A stretch of 64,000 nt of DNA from Candidatus Krumholzibacteriota bacterium (GTDB lineage: Bacteria > Krumholzibacteriota > Krumholzibacteriia > LZORAL124-64-63): positions 1 to 64,000 of the forward strand of contig JBDLKA010000003.1 in NCBI GenBank assembly GCA_039714075.1, in the 5' to 3' direction. The translations under genes were made by a program, and so were the position numbers. Shown in pieces: positions 9,880-19,357 of the stretch (its first letter is position 1; the number at the start of each line of letters is the position of its first letter). The notes beneath the pieces were generated by a model that was not told where the DNA came from, searched no databases, and was given only the letters and a program-made list of their open reading frames with translations.

Positions 9880-10733
9880 TCGGCCAGACCCGACATCATG
9901 GTCACGGCCAGGCGGCGCCACAGGGAATCGGGATCATCCGCCCGGGGAAAATTGGCGACCAGGTTGTCCTGTCCGGACACCGGACTTATCCCCAGGGGGA
10001 TCCCGGCGCAGACTCTTTCCACCAGGCCCGCAATGCGAGCCAGGTTTTCGGGATCGTCCCCGGGCGAGACCGCATTGCGGATTTCATCGAGCCATCCCGG
10101 CCGGCCGGCGGATGACCAGGCATCGGGGAACAAGAGGATTTCCATCCGGCCGGGTTCGATCACTTCGGCAAGACGGCCCAGGGAATAATAGGTGCCCAAC
10201 CGCTGAGCCTCCTTTTCCTGCAGACACCAGACGAGGCCGCCGGAAAGGCTCACCGCCGGCGGACCGGCCGAGGGCGCCGCCGACAAGGCCTCCAGGTGGG
10301 AAAGTTCCACCGGCCCCATGCACCCCAGGTGATTCCAGCGGATTTCCCCAACCGTCCCTGATTGGGGCGCTGCCGTTACGGCACCGGCAGATCGGGCAGG
10401 AGATTCAGTGGAAACGGTCCAGGTGTTCCGGTGTCTTGCCGGAGGATCGGCCTGGACCCGGGACATCCCCCCATTGGATCTGAAATAGGTTCCAACCGAC
10501 CAGCGGACCTGGGGGTCTTCGCCGAGAGTGGCGGGTCCGGGAGAACCAAGAGCCAAACCGGCCGCCGCAAAGGCCGAGATGGCAGCGCCCCCCGGCGCGG
10601 CCACGGTGCAATGGAAATGATCCCGGCCGGATTTTCCGACAGCTTCAGGGCGACCTTCCTCAAGGAAAAGGTGGGCAATGGAGGAAATGTGATGGGGCCG
10701 TCGGGGATCGGCCCCGGAATCGGTTCGCGCCAT
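9873..10733 (-). CDS. Hypothetical protein, possibly a degenerate MinD/FlhG-like partner of the ParA
   Basis: ATG at 10733 with GGAG RBS; N-terminal HISSIAHLFL; no intact Walker A. Confidence 0.6.
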   Translation of the reverse strand: MARTDSGADPRRPHHISSIAHLFLEEGRPEAVGKSGRDHFHCTVAAPGGAAISAFAAAGLALGSPGPATLGEDPQVRWSVGTYFRSNGGMSRVQADPPARHRNTWTVSTESPARSAGAVTAAPQSGTVGEIRWNHLGCMGPVELSHLEALSAAPSAGPPAVSLSGGLVWCLQEKEAQRLGTYYSLGRLAEVIEPGRMEILLFPDAWSSAGRPGWLDEIRNAVSPGDDPENLARIAGLVERVCAGIPLGISPVSGQDNLVANFPRADDPDSLWRRLAVTMMSGLAEC

Positions 10734-10821
10734 GGTGAAATATTCTCCAAGCAGTCCGCAGGCGGACTGTCCTTGCCGGCTTACGCCTGAATCAGGTTCC
10801 CGCCTCCGCGGCGAAAACTTC

Positions 10822-11895
10822 TCAGGTGACGACGACCAAACTGTTGGCACCGCCGAATTCATTGGCCACCGTCCGGCTGTTGTGGGGATCCGGCAGCCAG
10901 CAGCCGTCGACGATGAATCGGTACTCGTGTTCCCCGCGCTCGAGATCGAGGTGACATTCCCACATGCCGTCCTCACGCTTGTTCAGGGGCAGACCCTTGG
11001 CGGACCAGTCACAGAAGGAACCCGTGATCCTTACGGTCCGGGCACTCGGGAAATCGGATTCGAACCGAACTCCGGCCTGGGATACGGCCGGCCCGTGCAG
11101 AAGGGCGGACCAGTGATCAAGGGCGACCACTTCCAGGGCGACTTCCTGGTCGAGCAGTTCCCGGGCCAGGTGCCGGAAGTCGAAGGCGGCCCGGCATTCC
11201 GGATCCAGTTTGGCGACCGAAACACCCAGGACGGCGGCTTCCTTGGTCTTCACGGTATGGTGAATGACCGAGTCCAGGAGTTCACTCTCGTAAAGCTCCT
11301 CCAACTCCGCCATGACCGAACGCACGAAGCGGGGCCGCGTATCGAAATCCGACATGAGGATACGCGGGACGACGTCATGCCCCTTCTTGTCCCGCAGGAC
11401 CGCGAGGGTTTCGCGCATCTTGCGCACGGCCTGCAGTCCGTAACCGCTGGGATCCACGGGAATGATGACCTCGCCGCAGGCCAGCAGGGCATTGAAGGTC
11501 AGCAGGCTCACGCTGGGGGGACAATCGATCAGCACGTAATCGTAGGGCAGGGAACTGCGGCGCAGGTTGTTCCGCAGGCGCAATTCCTTTTCCGTTTCCC
11601 GGGCCAGGGTCATTTCCACGCCGCTGAGCTCCACACCGGCCGGCACCAGATGAAAGCCGGGACCGACTTCCAGAAAGGCGTCCTCGACCAGGATGTCCGA
11701 GGTCAGATACAGATCGTAGGTGCTGAGGGTGAAATCGCGTTCGCGGAAGCCGCAGGCCAGGGTGGCGTGCCCCTGGGGATCGTTGTCGATGAGCAGGACT
11801 TTTTTCTCGAGTTGGGCCAGAGTTGAGGCAAGGTTGGTGGCGGTGGTGGTTTTGCCGCATCCGCCTTTCTGGTTGGCCAGAGCAACGACTCTCAT
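10822..11895 (-). CDS. ParA/Soj-family ATPase fused to a C-terminal CBM48/AMPK-beta-type glycogen-binding domain
   Basis: Deviant Walker A NQKGGCGKTT, IDNDPQG and IDCPPS. C-terminus V-x-ITGSFCDW...GMW...GEHEYRFIVDGCW-x-x-DP...NEFGGANS. Confidence 0.9.
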   Translation of the reverse strand: MRVVALANQKGGCGKTTTATNLASTLAQLEKKVLLIDNDPQGHATLACGFRERDFTLSTYDLYLTSDILVEDAFLEVGPGFHLVPAGVELSGVEMTLARETEKELRLRNNLRRSSLPYDYVLIDCPPSVSLLTFNALLACGEVIIPVDPSGYGLQAVRKMRETLAVLRDKKGHDVVPRILMSDFDTRPRFVRSVMAELEELYESELLDSVIHHTVKTKEAAVLGVSVAKLDPECRAAFDFRHLARELLDQEVALEVVALDHWSALLHGPAVSQAGVRFESDFPSARTVRITGSFCDWSAKGLPLNKREDGMWECHLDLERGEHEYRFIVDGCWLPDPHNSRTVANEFGGANSLVVVT

Positions 11896-12017
11896 ATCGA
11901 ATCCTTTCGATTATGAATCGTAGAGCGCAACCTCCCGGAAATGATCCGTCCGGGATATTGTGTTTTACCTCTATAGGGAAGGCCGGCGGGCCCTCCATTC
12001 CGCAGGCATCTGACCCC

Positions 12018-12045
12018 AGCATACGTCCCGGGAATGATCTGTCAA
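12018..12045 (-). promoter_or_regulatory. sigma70-type promoter for the parA-CBM48 operon
   Basis: Minus strand TTGACA-N16-TATGCT. Confidence 0.55.
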
Positions 12046-12109
12046 CATGTTTAACGGGAACAGTTTTCAGGGCGGTCCGGCAGGAGACCGGAATGGAAAC
12101 CCTCAGCGA

Positions 12110-12553
12110 CTAGGCGGCAGGCGGAATTCCCCACAACAGATAGAAGAGGACGCCGACCACCATTCCGCCGGCCACTTCGGCCCAGGTGTGGCCCACCAGT
12201 TCACGCAATCGGGAACCCGGAACCTTTTCACCGGCCAGGGCGCTGTCCATCAAATCGTTGAGAAGTTCGGCCTGCTTGCCTATTTCCTGGCGCAGGCCCG
12301 TGGCTTCGAAGATCACGAACAGGCCGAATACCAGAACCAGGCTGAACAGGGAGGAATCGAAACCCTCGGCGCGTCCGACGGCCAGGGTCAGGGTGGTCAC
12401 CGTGGAGGTGTGGGAACTCGGCATGCCGCCATTGGCGAAAAACAGACCCGGGCGGAACCTCCGCTTCAGGACCAGCTCGATGACCACCTTGGCGGCCTGG
12501 GCGGTCAGGCCGCTGATCAAGGCGAGAATACCCAGGTTGATCACGGAGGCCAC
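12110..12553 (-). CDS. Divergent PAP2 family protein (DUF212)
   Basis: AQ-x-x-K, GGMPSSH, GLRQEIGKQAELLN, LRELVGHT. Confidence 0.9.
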   Translation of the reverse strand: MASVINLGILALISGLTAQAAKVVIELVLKRRFRPGLFFANGGMPSSHTSTVTTLTLAVGRAEGFDSSLFSLVLVFGLFVIFEATGLRQEIGKQAELLNDLMDSALAGEKVPGSRLRELVGHTWAEVAGGMVVGVLFYLLWGIPPAA

Positions 12554-12816
12554 CCCCCTTTCTCAATGGCCCGCCGGGAAGGGCCGCTGGAAATCCTGGA
12601 CCATGACACCCTCCGGGGCGGTAAGGGGTGAAAACAAGGAGAATTCCTGTCTGAAGGCCCGCACAATAACAGAAAACAATTCCAAATCAACGTGCAACTT
12701 GAGAATTGCGCGATCTTCTACCATTTTAGGGCATTGTTCGGAGAAGCCGGGAACCTTCCGACCCATAAACGGGTCTGATGCCCAGCGATCCTGCCACCCA
12801 TCTAAGGAAGTCGAAA

Positions 12817-14628
12817 ATGTTCAAGTTTCTGCGTTCCCAGGCCAAGGTCTTCTACTGGGTGATTGCCGCCACCTTCATCCTTTTCCTGTTTCTCGGGGGG
12901 ATGACCGGTCGGGGCTGTCAGGCCCCCGGGTCCAAAAAATATGAAGCCGGGGTGATCGGCACAGTGAACGGAGCCGAGATCACCGCCCAGCAGTTCGACT
13001 ACACCGTAAGGCAACAGAGGGCCCAGATGAGGCAGCAGGCCCAGAACAGGGAACTCAACGCCAACCAGTTCGCCGCGGCCGACCAGCAGGCCTGGGATTC
13101 CCTGATCCAGGCCGCCATCTTCGCCGAGGCCATCGAGGAAATGGGCATCACCGTTTCCGACGAAGAGGTCCTTTCCGTCTTCGAAAACAACCCCCCGCCC
13201 GAACTGCTGGCCCAGTACCGGGATCAGAGCGGAAACGTCGACATCAACCGCTACTACGCCGACCTGCAGAATCCCGAGGTCGACTGGTCCCAGCAGGAGG
13301 CCTACATCCGGGCCATGCTCCCCTGGCAGAAACTGACCGCTGCGGTTTCGGCCTCGGCCGCGGTCAGCGAGGAAGAGATCAGGGAAGAATACATCCGCCA
13401 GACCGGCAAGGCCGTGGCGGAATACATCGGCATCCAGTTCGCGGAACTCGAAGGTGATTTCGAACCCACCGAAGAGGAAATCAACGATTGGTACCAGGCC
13501 CATCCCGACGACTTCCAGGCTCCGGCCAAGGCCAGTTGCCAGGTGGTCAAATTCGCCAAGGAACCCAGCGAGGCCGACAGCCGGGAAGTCCATGATTTCA
13601 TGATGGAGATCCGTGAGGAGATCCTCTCCGGGGCCAAGACGTTTGAAGCAGCCGCCGGCGAATACAGTGAAGATTCCGGCACTTCCACCAACGGCGGGGA
13701 TCTGGGCAACTTCGATCGCACCCGCATGGTGGCCAAGTTCACCGAAGCCGCCTTCGCTCTGCCCGTGGGAGAATTGAGCGAGCCCGTCCAGACCAAGTTC
13801 GGTTACCACCTGATCGAGGTCACCGGCCAGTCCATCGACGAGGATACGGGCGAGGTCTACGAAATATCCGCCCGGCACATCCTGATCAAGGTCTCTCCCG
13901 GGCCGGACACCCTGGATCTTCTGCGCGATGCCGCCGAGGACTTCCGCGGCCGTGTCGACGGTTCCAGTTTCGCCAGCACGGCCGAAGCCGAAGCCCATGA
14001 CCTGATGACGCCCCCGGAATTCGTCAAAGGCCGGGACATTCCCGGGCTGGCCCTGTCGGCCGCCGGTGGCAACTGGGTCTTCGCCGCCGAACCCGGCCAG
14101 GTGAGCCGCCTGTACGAAAACCGGGAAAACATCTATGTCGTCCTGGCGGGGGAAATCACTCCCGCCGGCCTGGCACCCCTGACCGAGGTCAGCAGCCGTG
14201 TGTCCCTGGCCGTGAAGAAGGACCGCCAGCTTACCGCCGCGCGGGCCAAACTCAGCCCCGCGGTCGGCGAAATCCAGATGGGCCGGACCCTGGCCGAAGT
14301 TGCCGAAGCCGGTGGATTCATCCACGCCGTCACGGACACCTTCACGGTCAACGGCAACGTCCAGGAGGTGGGTTACGGCACCGAATTCAACAAGGCGGCC
14401 ATCAACGGCAGCGTGGGAACGCTCATTCCCGAGGTGGAGACCCTGCGGGGAGTCTATGCCCTGACCCCGTTGTGGATCGCACCTTTCGACCAGGCCGATT
14501 TCGATGCGCGCAAGCCGGGCATCCAGGGCGCCCTGCTCTCGCAGGCCCAGAACGCGGCGGTCGAAGAGTGGTACACCGCCCGCCTGGAAGAAGCCGAAAT
14601 CGTGGACCTGCGCTACTACCAGCCGTAG
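12817..14628 (+). CDS. PpiD/SurA-like periplasmic chaperone / parvulin peptidyl-prolyl isomerase
   Basis: N-terminal TM, SurA_N-like region, rotamase motifs YSED...GGDLG...MVAKFTEAAF...PVQTKFGYHLI. Confidence 0.9.
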   Translation: MFKFLRSQAKVFYWVIAATFILFLFLGGMTGRGCQAPGSKKYEAGVIGTVNGAEITAQQFDYTVRQQRAQMRQQAQNRELNANQFAAADQQAWDSLIQAAIFAEAIEEMGITVSDEEVLSVFENNPPPELLAQYRDQSGNVDINRYYADLQNPEVDWSQQEAYIRAMLPWQKLTAAVSASAAVSEEEIREEYIRQTGKAVAEYIGIQFAELEGDFEPTEEEINDWYQAHPDDFQAPAKASCQVVKFAKEPSEADSREVHDFMMEIREEILSGAKTFEAAAGEYSEDSGTSTNGGDLGNFDRTRMVAKFTEAAFALPVGELSEPVQTKFGYHLIEVTGQSIDEDTGEVYEISARHILIKVSPGPDTLDLLRDAAEDFRGRVDGSSFASTAEAEAHDLMTPPEFVKGRDIPGLALSAAGGNWVFAAEPGQVSRLYENRENIYVVLAGEITPAGLAPLTEVSSRVSLAVKKDRQLTAARAKLSPAVGEIQMGRTLAEVAEAGGFIHAVTDTFTVNGNVQEVGYGTEFNKAAINGSVGTLIPEVETLRGVYALTPLWIAPFDQADFDARKPGIQGALLSQAQNAAVEEWYTARLEEAEIVDLRYYQP

Positions 14629-14663
14629 GTCTCCTGTTTTGCGCGGACCGCGCACCTGAAACC

Positions 14664-14701
14664 AAGAGCCCGGAACCAACAGGTTCCGGGCTCTTTCATT
14701 T
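14664..14701 (+). terminator. Intrinsic terminator between convergent genes
   Basis: 14-bp stem AAGAGCCCGGAACC / GGTTCCGGGCTCTT followed by a T-rich tract. Confidence 0.8.
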
Positions 14702-14723
14702 CAATCGGGCGACACCGGGTGGA

Positions 14724-15155
14724 TCAATCATCCCCAAAGGGGTTGTGGGGTTTCTTCTTCCGGAAATCCTCCAGGTCCTCCCCCATCCGGTCCATTTTCT
14801 TTTTCTGTTGCTCCTGGTGTTCACCGGAGTCGAAAAGCTTGGACATTCTTTCGGCCTCTTCGGACTTGCGGCGGTCGAATTCCTTCAAGTCCTCGGAAAT
14901 CTCGGGTCCACCTTCTTCCGGCAATTCCTCCACCACCAGATGGTCCCTGATCTCCGCATGGGTTTCAAAGGCGCTTTTCACCAGGGCGATGGCACCCTGA
15001 TCCTCCAGAAAAGCCAACTGGAGCCGGACCGCGCTGGCTGACTGCTGCAGCAGTTCGGCCAATTCCTCGGGCGTGGGCGATCTCCCGTTCAGATGACTCA
15101 GGACCCTGACCCCGGCCAGCAGCAGCTGGGCCTCGTTCCTGGTAAGATTGATCAT
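14724..15155 (-). CDS. Hypothetical protein with LexA-like winged HTH and charged coiled-coil tail
   Basis: SPTPEELAELL...SAVRLQLAFLEDQGAI resembles a wHTH; ATGA overlap with the upstream gene. Confidence 0.65.
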   Translation of the reverse strand: MINLTRNEAQLLLAGVRVLSHLNGRSPTPEELAELLQQSASAVRLQLAFLEDQGAIALVKSAFETHAEIRDHLVVEELPEEGGPEISEDLKEFDRRKSEEAERMSKLFDSGEHQEQQKKKMDRMGEDLEDFRKKKPHNPFGDD

Positions 15156-16384
15156 GATCCCATCTCCGCTTCCAGCCGGCAGGACGCTTCGGTGGCCCTG
15201 CGGTCCATCATCTTTCGCAACCGGTCCACCCGGTGAACCTCGCCCGATTTCCGGGCGTGGTCAAGAGCCTTCGGCAAATCGATCAAACGGTGTTCATACA
15301 GGATGGCTGCTTCCCGGTGAAGCCAGGCGGTATCGACGCCTGCGGCCAGACCGGCGCGGATGATCTTCTCCACCAGACCCCAATCACCCCCCCGTTTCAG
15401 GATCCGCACCGCATCGGCCACGAAGCGCGGCTCACCCAGGCCCCGGGCTTTCCCTCGTAGGGCCGCAGCCACCGCGGTTTCCAGACAGGCAAGGGACAGC
15501 TGTGTGTCACGCCGCTTTTCACAGATCCTGCCCAACGCCCATCCGTCCCGCCAATCCAGGTCCGCCGACGGTTCCGTTCCGGGAGCCACCAAACGCGCGG
15601 CCTCGACAACCCGCAGCAACAGGTGGGCCATACCCAGCATGTCCCGCTGGTTGTGGGTCATGACTTCGGGCAACTGCCCGGGTCGGCCGGAAGCCAGGAA
15701 ATCGAACCAGGCCTGGGGGATGCGGGATCCCTCCAGATCACCGGCGCCCCGCGGCAGTCCGCAGACCTCCTTCTCGAGTGTCTGTTGCCGGCAATTCTCC
15801 AGGCGGTTGCCCCACAGCCGGCGGGCGGGGAACAGAAGGTCCCACCCCGTCAGGGAAACGAAGGGATCCTCCCGGCGGTTCAACCGCGCCCGGGTTCGCA
15901 ACAGGGGCAGGTCATAGGACGCCCCGTTGAAAGTCGCCACCACCCTGAATCCGGCGGCCAAGTCGGCCAGTTCCTTCAGCAGGGCGGCCTCGTGCCCCGG
16001 GTCAGGCAGAAAATACTGGCGGGTTTCAAGCCCGTCCGCAGCCCACCAGGACACCCCCACGAGGAAAGGAATCGTCCCGGTGCCTCCCGCCAGCCCGGTG
16101 GTTTCGGTGTCCATGAAAAGGATCTCCCCGGGATCGGGGGCGGGAACCGCCTGGTTGGCAAAGAACTCCCGCAATTCGGGCAGGGGAAACGTGGGCCGGG
16201 GCAGGACATCGAACCGGGACCGCATCCAAAAGGGACCGAGGGGGCCCGTTTGCTCCTCCAGCCCGAGGTGAGTGAGGGTTTCGGCCGGATCCCCGGATAC
16301 GGCCGCACCGAAACCGGTCGGGACCGCGGCGTCGGGACGGCGGGAAAGCCGGTCCAGTTGGGCCAGTCTCTTTTTCAGGTCCAT
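15152..16384 (-). CDS. YprB/MrfB-like DEDD exonuclease (RNase_H_2) with TPR-like C-terminus
   Basis: FMDTETTGL, TFNGASYDLP, DLLFPARRLW, HNQRD, LAILYEHR-like C-terminus; adjacent to the DUF1998 helicase. Confidence 0.85.
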   Translation of the reverse strand: MDLKKRLAQLDRLSRRPDAAVPTGFGAAVSGDPAETLTHLGLEEQTGPLGPFWMRSRFDVLPRPTFPLPELREFFANQAVPAPDPGEILFMDTETTGLAGGTGTIPFLVGVSWWAADGLETRQYFLPDPGHEAALLKELADLAAGFRVVATFNGASYDLPLLRTRARLNRREDPFVSLTGWDLLFPARRLWGNRLENCRQQTLEKEVCGLPRGAGDLEGSRIPQAWFDFLASGRPGQLPEVMTHNQRDMLGMAHLLLRVVEAARLVAPGTEPSADLDWRDGWALGRICEKRRDTQLSLACLETAVAAALRGKARGLGEPRFVADAVRILKRGGDWGLVEKIIRAGLAAGVDTAWLHREAAILYEHRLIDLPKALDHARKSGEVHRVDRLRKMMDRRATEASCRLEAEMGS

Positions 16385-16386
16385 GG

Positions 16387-18669
16387 TCAAGCCTCGCCGG
16401 CGGCCTGCCCGGTCTGTCCCAGCAGCCAACGGGCGCCTTCGCGGGCCGTGGTGCCGGATTCCACGGCGGGACCGACGCAGGATGGGCAGCCCTTCTGGCA
16501 GGGACACTGCGACAGGTGTTTCCGCGCGGCCAGGCAGATGTCCTCGAACTGCTCGAAGATCCGGCGGGCGTAGCCGACGCCCCCGGGAAAGGCATCGTAC
16601 AGATAAAGGGTGGGTTTCCCCGTGAAGGGCGACCTGACCATGGCGGTGGCGTGAAGATCCGCGGAATCGGCCATGATGAACAGCGGCGCCACCCGCCCCA
16701 GCAGATGGGCCACGCCCTTGAGGGCGTCACCCAGGTCCAGCCCCTCGGCCGACATGGCGGCCCCCAGATCCTGCGGCAATTCCCACCAGAAACTGGTGGT
16801 GTGCATTTCCATCTCCGGCAGATGCACTCTTCCCGCGCCCACGTTTTCATGGGTCCCCAGTTTGATCTTCTTGAAAACCGTGACTTTGGAAACCAGCCCC
16901 ACGTCGCCCAGGGCCAGACTCCCGTAGAAGAAATCACGTTCCGACTCGGCGGTCAGGGTCTTCAGCTCACTCTTGCGCTGGGCGTCGGTATAGTAGTCCA
17001 CCGACACCGGCTGCACGTGGGCCTCCCGGCGGTCCCAGTCCAGTTTGTCCACATGGTACTGCTGGGCCCCGTGCATATAGACAGCATCGTCGTGGAGCAT
17101 TTCCTGTGCGGAGAACAGGTCCATCTCGCCGATGACACGGCCGCCGGCGAGGGCCTGGTCGATGATGACGACGTTATCGGGAGCGGCGCTGCGCAGACTG
17201 ACGTCTTCGGCCGGATAGGTGTCGCTCACCCAGTGGTAACGGTCGCCGCTGTGGTGGAGAACCTTCATGTCGGCCAGGTAATCGAGGATCTCGACCACCC
17301 GGCGCCCGCCGAAGTTTTCCTCCGCGCCGAAGGGCAGTTCGAAGGCGGCGCACTTGAGGTGGCTCATGAGGATGACCAGGTTGTCCGGATCCAGGGAAGC
17401 GTGTTCCGGGCTGCGGCCGAAGAAGTAGTCCGGATTGTTGATGATGTACTGGTCGCCGGGGCTGCTGGACGCCACGAGAACGACGGCGCTCAGGTTCTGG
17501 CGCCGGCCCGCCCGTCCGGCCTGCTGCCAGGTGCTGGCGATGGTGCCCGCGTACCCGGCCATGACACACACGTCCAGCCGGCCGATATCGATACCCAGTT
17601 CGAGGGCGTTGGTCGACACCACCGTGGTGACGCTTCCATCGCGCAAGCCCTTTTCGATCGCCCGGCGTTCCTGCGGCAGATACCCGCCCCGGTAGCCCCG
17701 CACCTCTCCGCTCTTGATGCCCACCCGGCGGCCCGCCTTTTCCAGATAGGTCAGCAACAGCTCCACCCGCATGCGGCTGCGCGCAAAAATGATGAGTTGG
17801 GAGCCGCTGGACATGAAGCGCTCGGCGATGGCGCGGGTGGTCTTGATGACCGATTGCCGGATGCCGAGTTCCCGGTTCACCACCGGTGGGTTGTAGAAGA
17901 TGAAATGCTTCAGGCCCCGGGGCGCTCCGTTGCGGGCGATGGATTCCATCTCGAGCCCGGTCAGACCGGAGGCCAACTGCCCCGGGTTGGCGATGGTGGC
18001 GGAACAGCAGATGAACTGCGGATCGCTGCCGTAGAATTCGGCCACCCGTCGCAACCTGCGGATGACGTTGCCCACGTGGCTGCCGAACACCCCGCGGTAG
18101 TTGTGCACCTCGTCCACCACCACGTATTTCAGGTTCTCGAAAAGCTTCACCCACAGGGTGTGATGCGGCAGGATCCCCTGGTGGAGCATGTCCGGATTCG
18201 TCACCACGATGTGGCCGCTGCTGCGGATGGCGCGCCGCGCGGTTTCCGGAGTGTCGCCGTCGAAGGTGAAGGTCTTGATGTCCTCGCCCAGGTCGGTGAC
18301 GATCCCGTGGACCTCGTGCATCTGGTCCTGGCTGAGGGCCTTGGTGGGGAACAGGTACAGGGCGCGGGCGCGGCGGTCCCGCAGGATCGCGTCCAGGACG
18401 GGCAGGTTGTAACAGAGGGTCTTTCCGCTGGCCGTGGGCGTGGGCACCACGAACGAATGTCCCTGGCGGGCCAGTTCTACGGCCTCGGCCTGGTGGCTGT
18501 AAAGACGATCGACGCCCCGGTTCTTCAGGACGTCGATCAGGCGTGGTTCCAGGCTGTCCGGATAATCCGCGTACCGCCCGGCTTCAGGGGGGATCACTTC
18601 CCAACGGTTGACGTTGCGCAGGAATCGATCGTCGGCCTTCAGCCGGTCAAGAAGCTGGGCAAGATTCAA
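16387..18669 (-). CDS. DEAD/DEAH-box helicase with DUF1998 (MrfA/YprA/Hrq1 family)
   Basis: TASGKT, DEVH, SAT, TNALELGIDIG, QQAGRAGRR, YDAFPGGVG, CPCQKGCPSC. Confidence 0.93.
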   Translation of the reverse strand: MNLAQLLDRLKADDRFLRNVNRWEVIPPEAGRYADYPDSLEPRLIDVLKNRGVDRLYSHQAEAVELARQGHSFVVPTPTASGKTLCYNLPVLDAILRDRRARALYLFPTKALSQDQMHEVHGIVTDLGEDIKTFTFDGDTPETARRAIRSSGHIVVTNPDMLHQGILPHHTLWVKLFENLKYVVVDEVHNYRGVFGSHVGNVIRRLRRVAEFYGSDPQFICCSATIANPGQLASGLTGLEMESIARNGAPRGLKHFIFYNPPVVNRELGIRQSVIKTTRAIAERFMSSGSQLIIFARSRMRVELLLTYLEKAGRRVGIKSGEVRGYRGGYLPQERRAIEKGLRDGSVTTVVSTNALELGIDIGRLDVCVMAGYAGTIASTWQQAGRAGRRQNLSAVVLVASSSPGDQYIINNPDYFFGRSPEHASLDPDNLVILMSHLKCAAFELPFGAEENFGGRRVVEILDYLADMKVLHHSGDRYHWVSDTYPAEDVSLRSAAPDNVVIIDQALAGGRVIGEMDLFSAQEMLHDDAVYMHGAQQYHVDKLDWDRREAHVQPVSVDYYTDAQRKSELKTLTAESERDFFYGSLALGDVGLVSKVTVFKKIKLGTHENVGAGRVHLPEMEMHTTSFWWELPQDLGAAMSAEGLDLGDALKGVAHLLGRVAPLFIMADSADLHATAMVRSPFTGKPTLYLYDAFPGGVGYARRIFEQFEDICLAARKHLSQCPCQKGCPSCVGPAVESGTTAREGARWLLGQTGQAAGEA

Positions 18670-18686
18670 AAGCGCCTCCCGGCCGA

Positions 18687-18968
18687 TCAGCTCGGCGTGT
18701 TGTCATCCGCCTTGCCGTTTTCCTTGCCGTCTTGGCGCGGGGCGTCGTTGTTCATCTCGCGTCCCACGTCGTCGATTTCACGCTTCACTTCATCAGTGGC
18801 GCTCTTGGTGGCGGACTTGAACTTGCGGATGGACTTGCCCATGGCCTCGGCGATTTCCGGCAGCCGCTTGGGGCCGAAGAGAATCAGGGCCAGGGCCAGG
18901 ACCAGCACGATTTCGGACCAGCCGGCCATGCCGGGTATGATGGCGACAAAGGAACTCATCAAGTGCAT
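18687..18968 (-). CDS. tatA: Twin-arginine translocase TatA/TatE subunit
   Basis: EIVLVLALALILFGPKRLPEIAEAMGKSIRKFK. Confidence 0.92.
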   Translation of the reverse strand: MHLMSSFVAIIPGMAGWSEIVLVLALALILFGPKRLPEIAEAMGKSIRKFKSATKSATDEVKREIDDVGREMNNDAPRQDGKENGKADDNTPS

Positions 18969-18980
18969 CCTCCGAAGTGG

Positions 18981-19244
18981 CTAACGGTACCATCTGAGCA
19001 TCTGCGAGGCAACGAACACACCGATGACGCTCATGAGGTTGAAATGGATCTCGAAGCCGAACGTCAAATCGATGATGACCAGATTCCAGTGGGTCACCTC
19101 GGGACCAAAGGAAATGTACCGGACGAACAGCTGTTCGGCCACACTTCCCTCGTTGAGGAACAAGCCGATAACCTCACTGAAGATGGCGCCGATCAGGACA
19201 CCCAGCGTCAGGGTGAGGACAATTATTCCCAAGGATTTCTGCAT
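18981..19244 (-). CDS. DUF4321-like small membrane protein
   Basis: Two hydrophobic segments; NLVIIDLTFGFEIHFNLMSVIG pattern. Confidence 0.75.
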   Translation of the reverse strand: MQKSLGIIVLTLTLGVLIGAIFSEVIGLFLNEGSVAEQLFVRYISFGPEVTHWNLVIIDLTFGFEIHFNLMSVIGVFVASQMLRWYR

Positions 19245-19357
19245 CGGTTTCGAACTTCCCGGTTTAACTCATCCCAAAACACCTTGCCCGGGACAATAAT
19301 ACGTGCCCCCGCCGTATGATAACAGCTCTTTTCGAGTCGGCGGAGCGGACCAGGCGC

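Noticed and set aside
10822..11895. Chromosome or plasmid partition locus (parABS)
   Set aside because: No parB is adjacent, I noticed no parS palindrome, and the C-terminal CBM argues for a different cargo.
16387..18669. DISARM DrmB or another DUF1998 defence helicase
   Set aside because: It is a full helicase-DUF1998 fusion paired with a YprB nuclease among housekeeping genes, which fits MrfAB repair; no defence partners are present.
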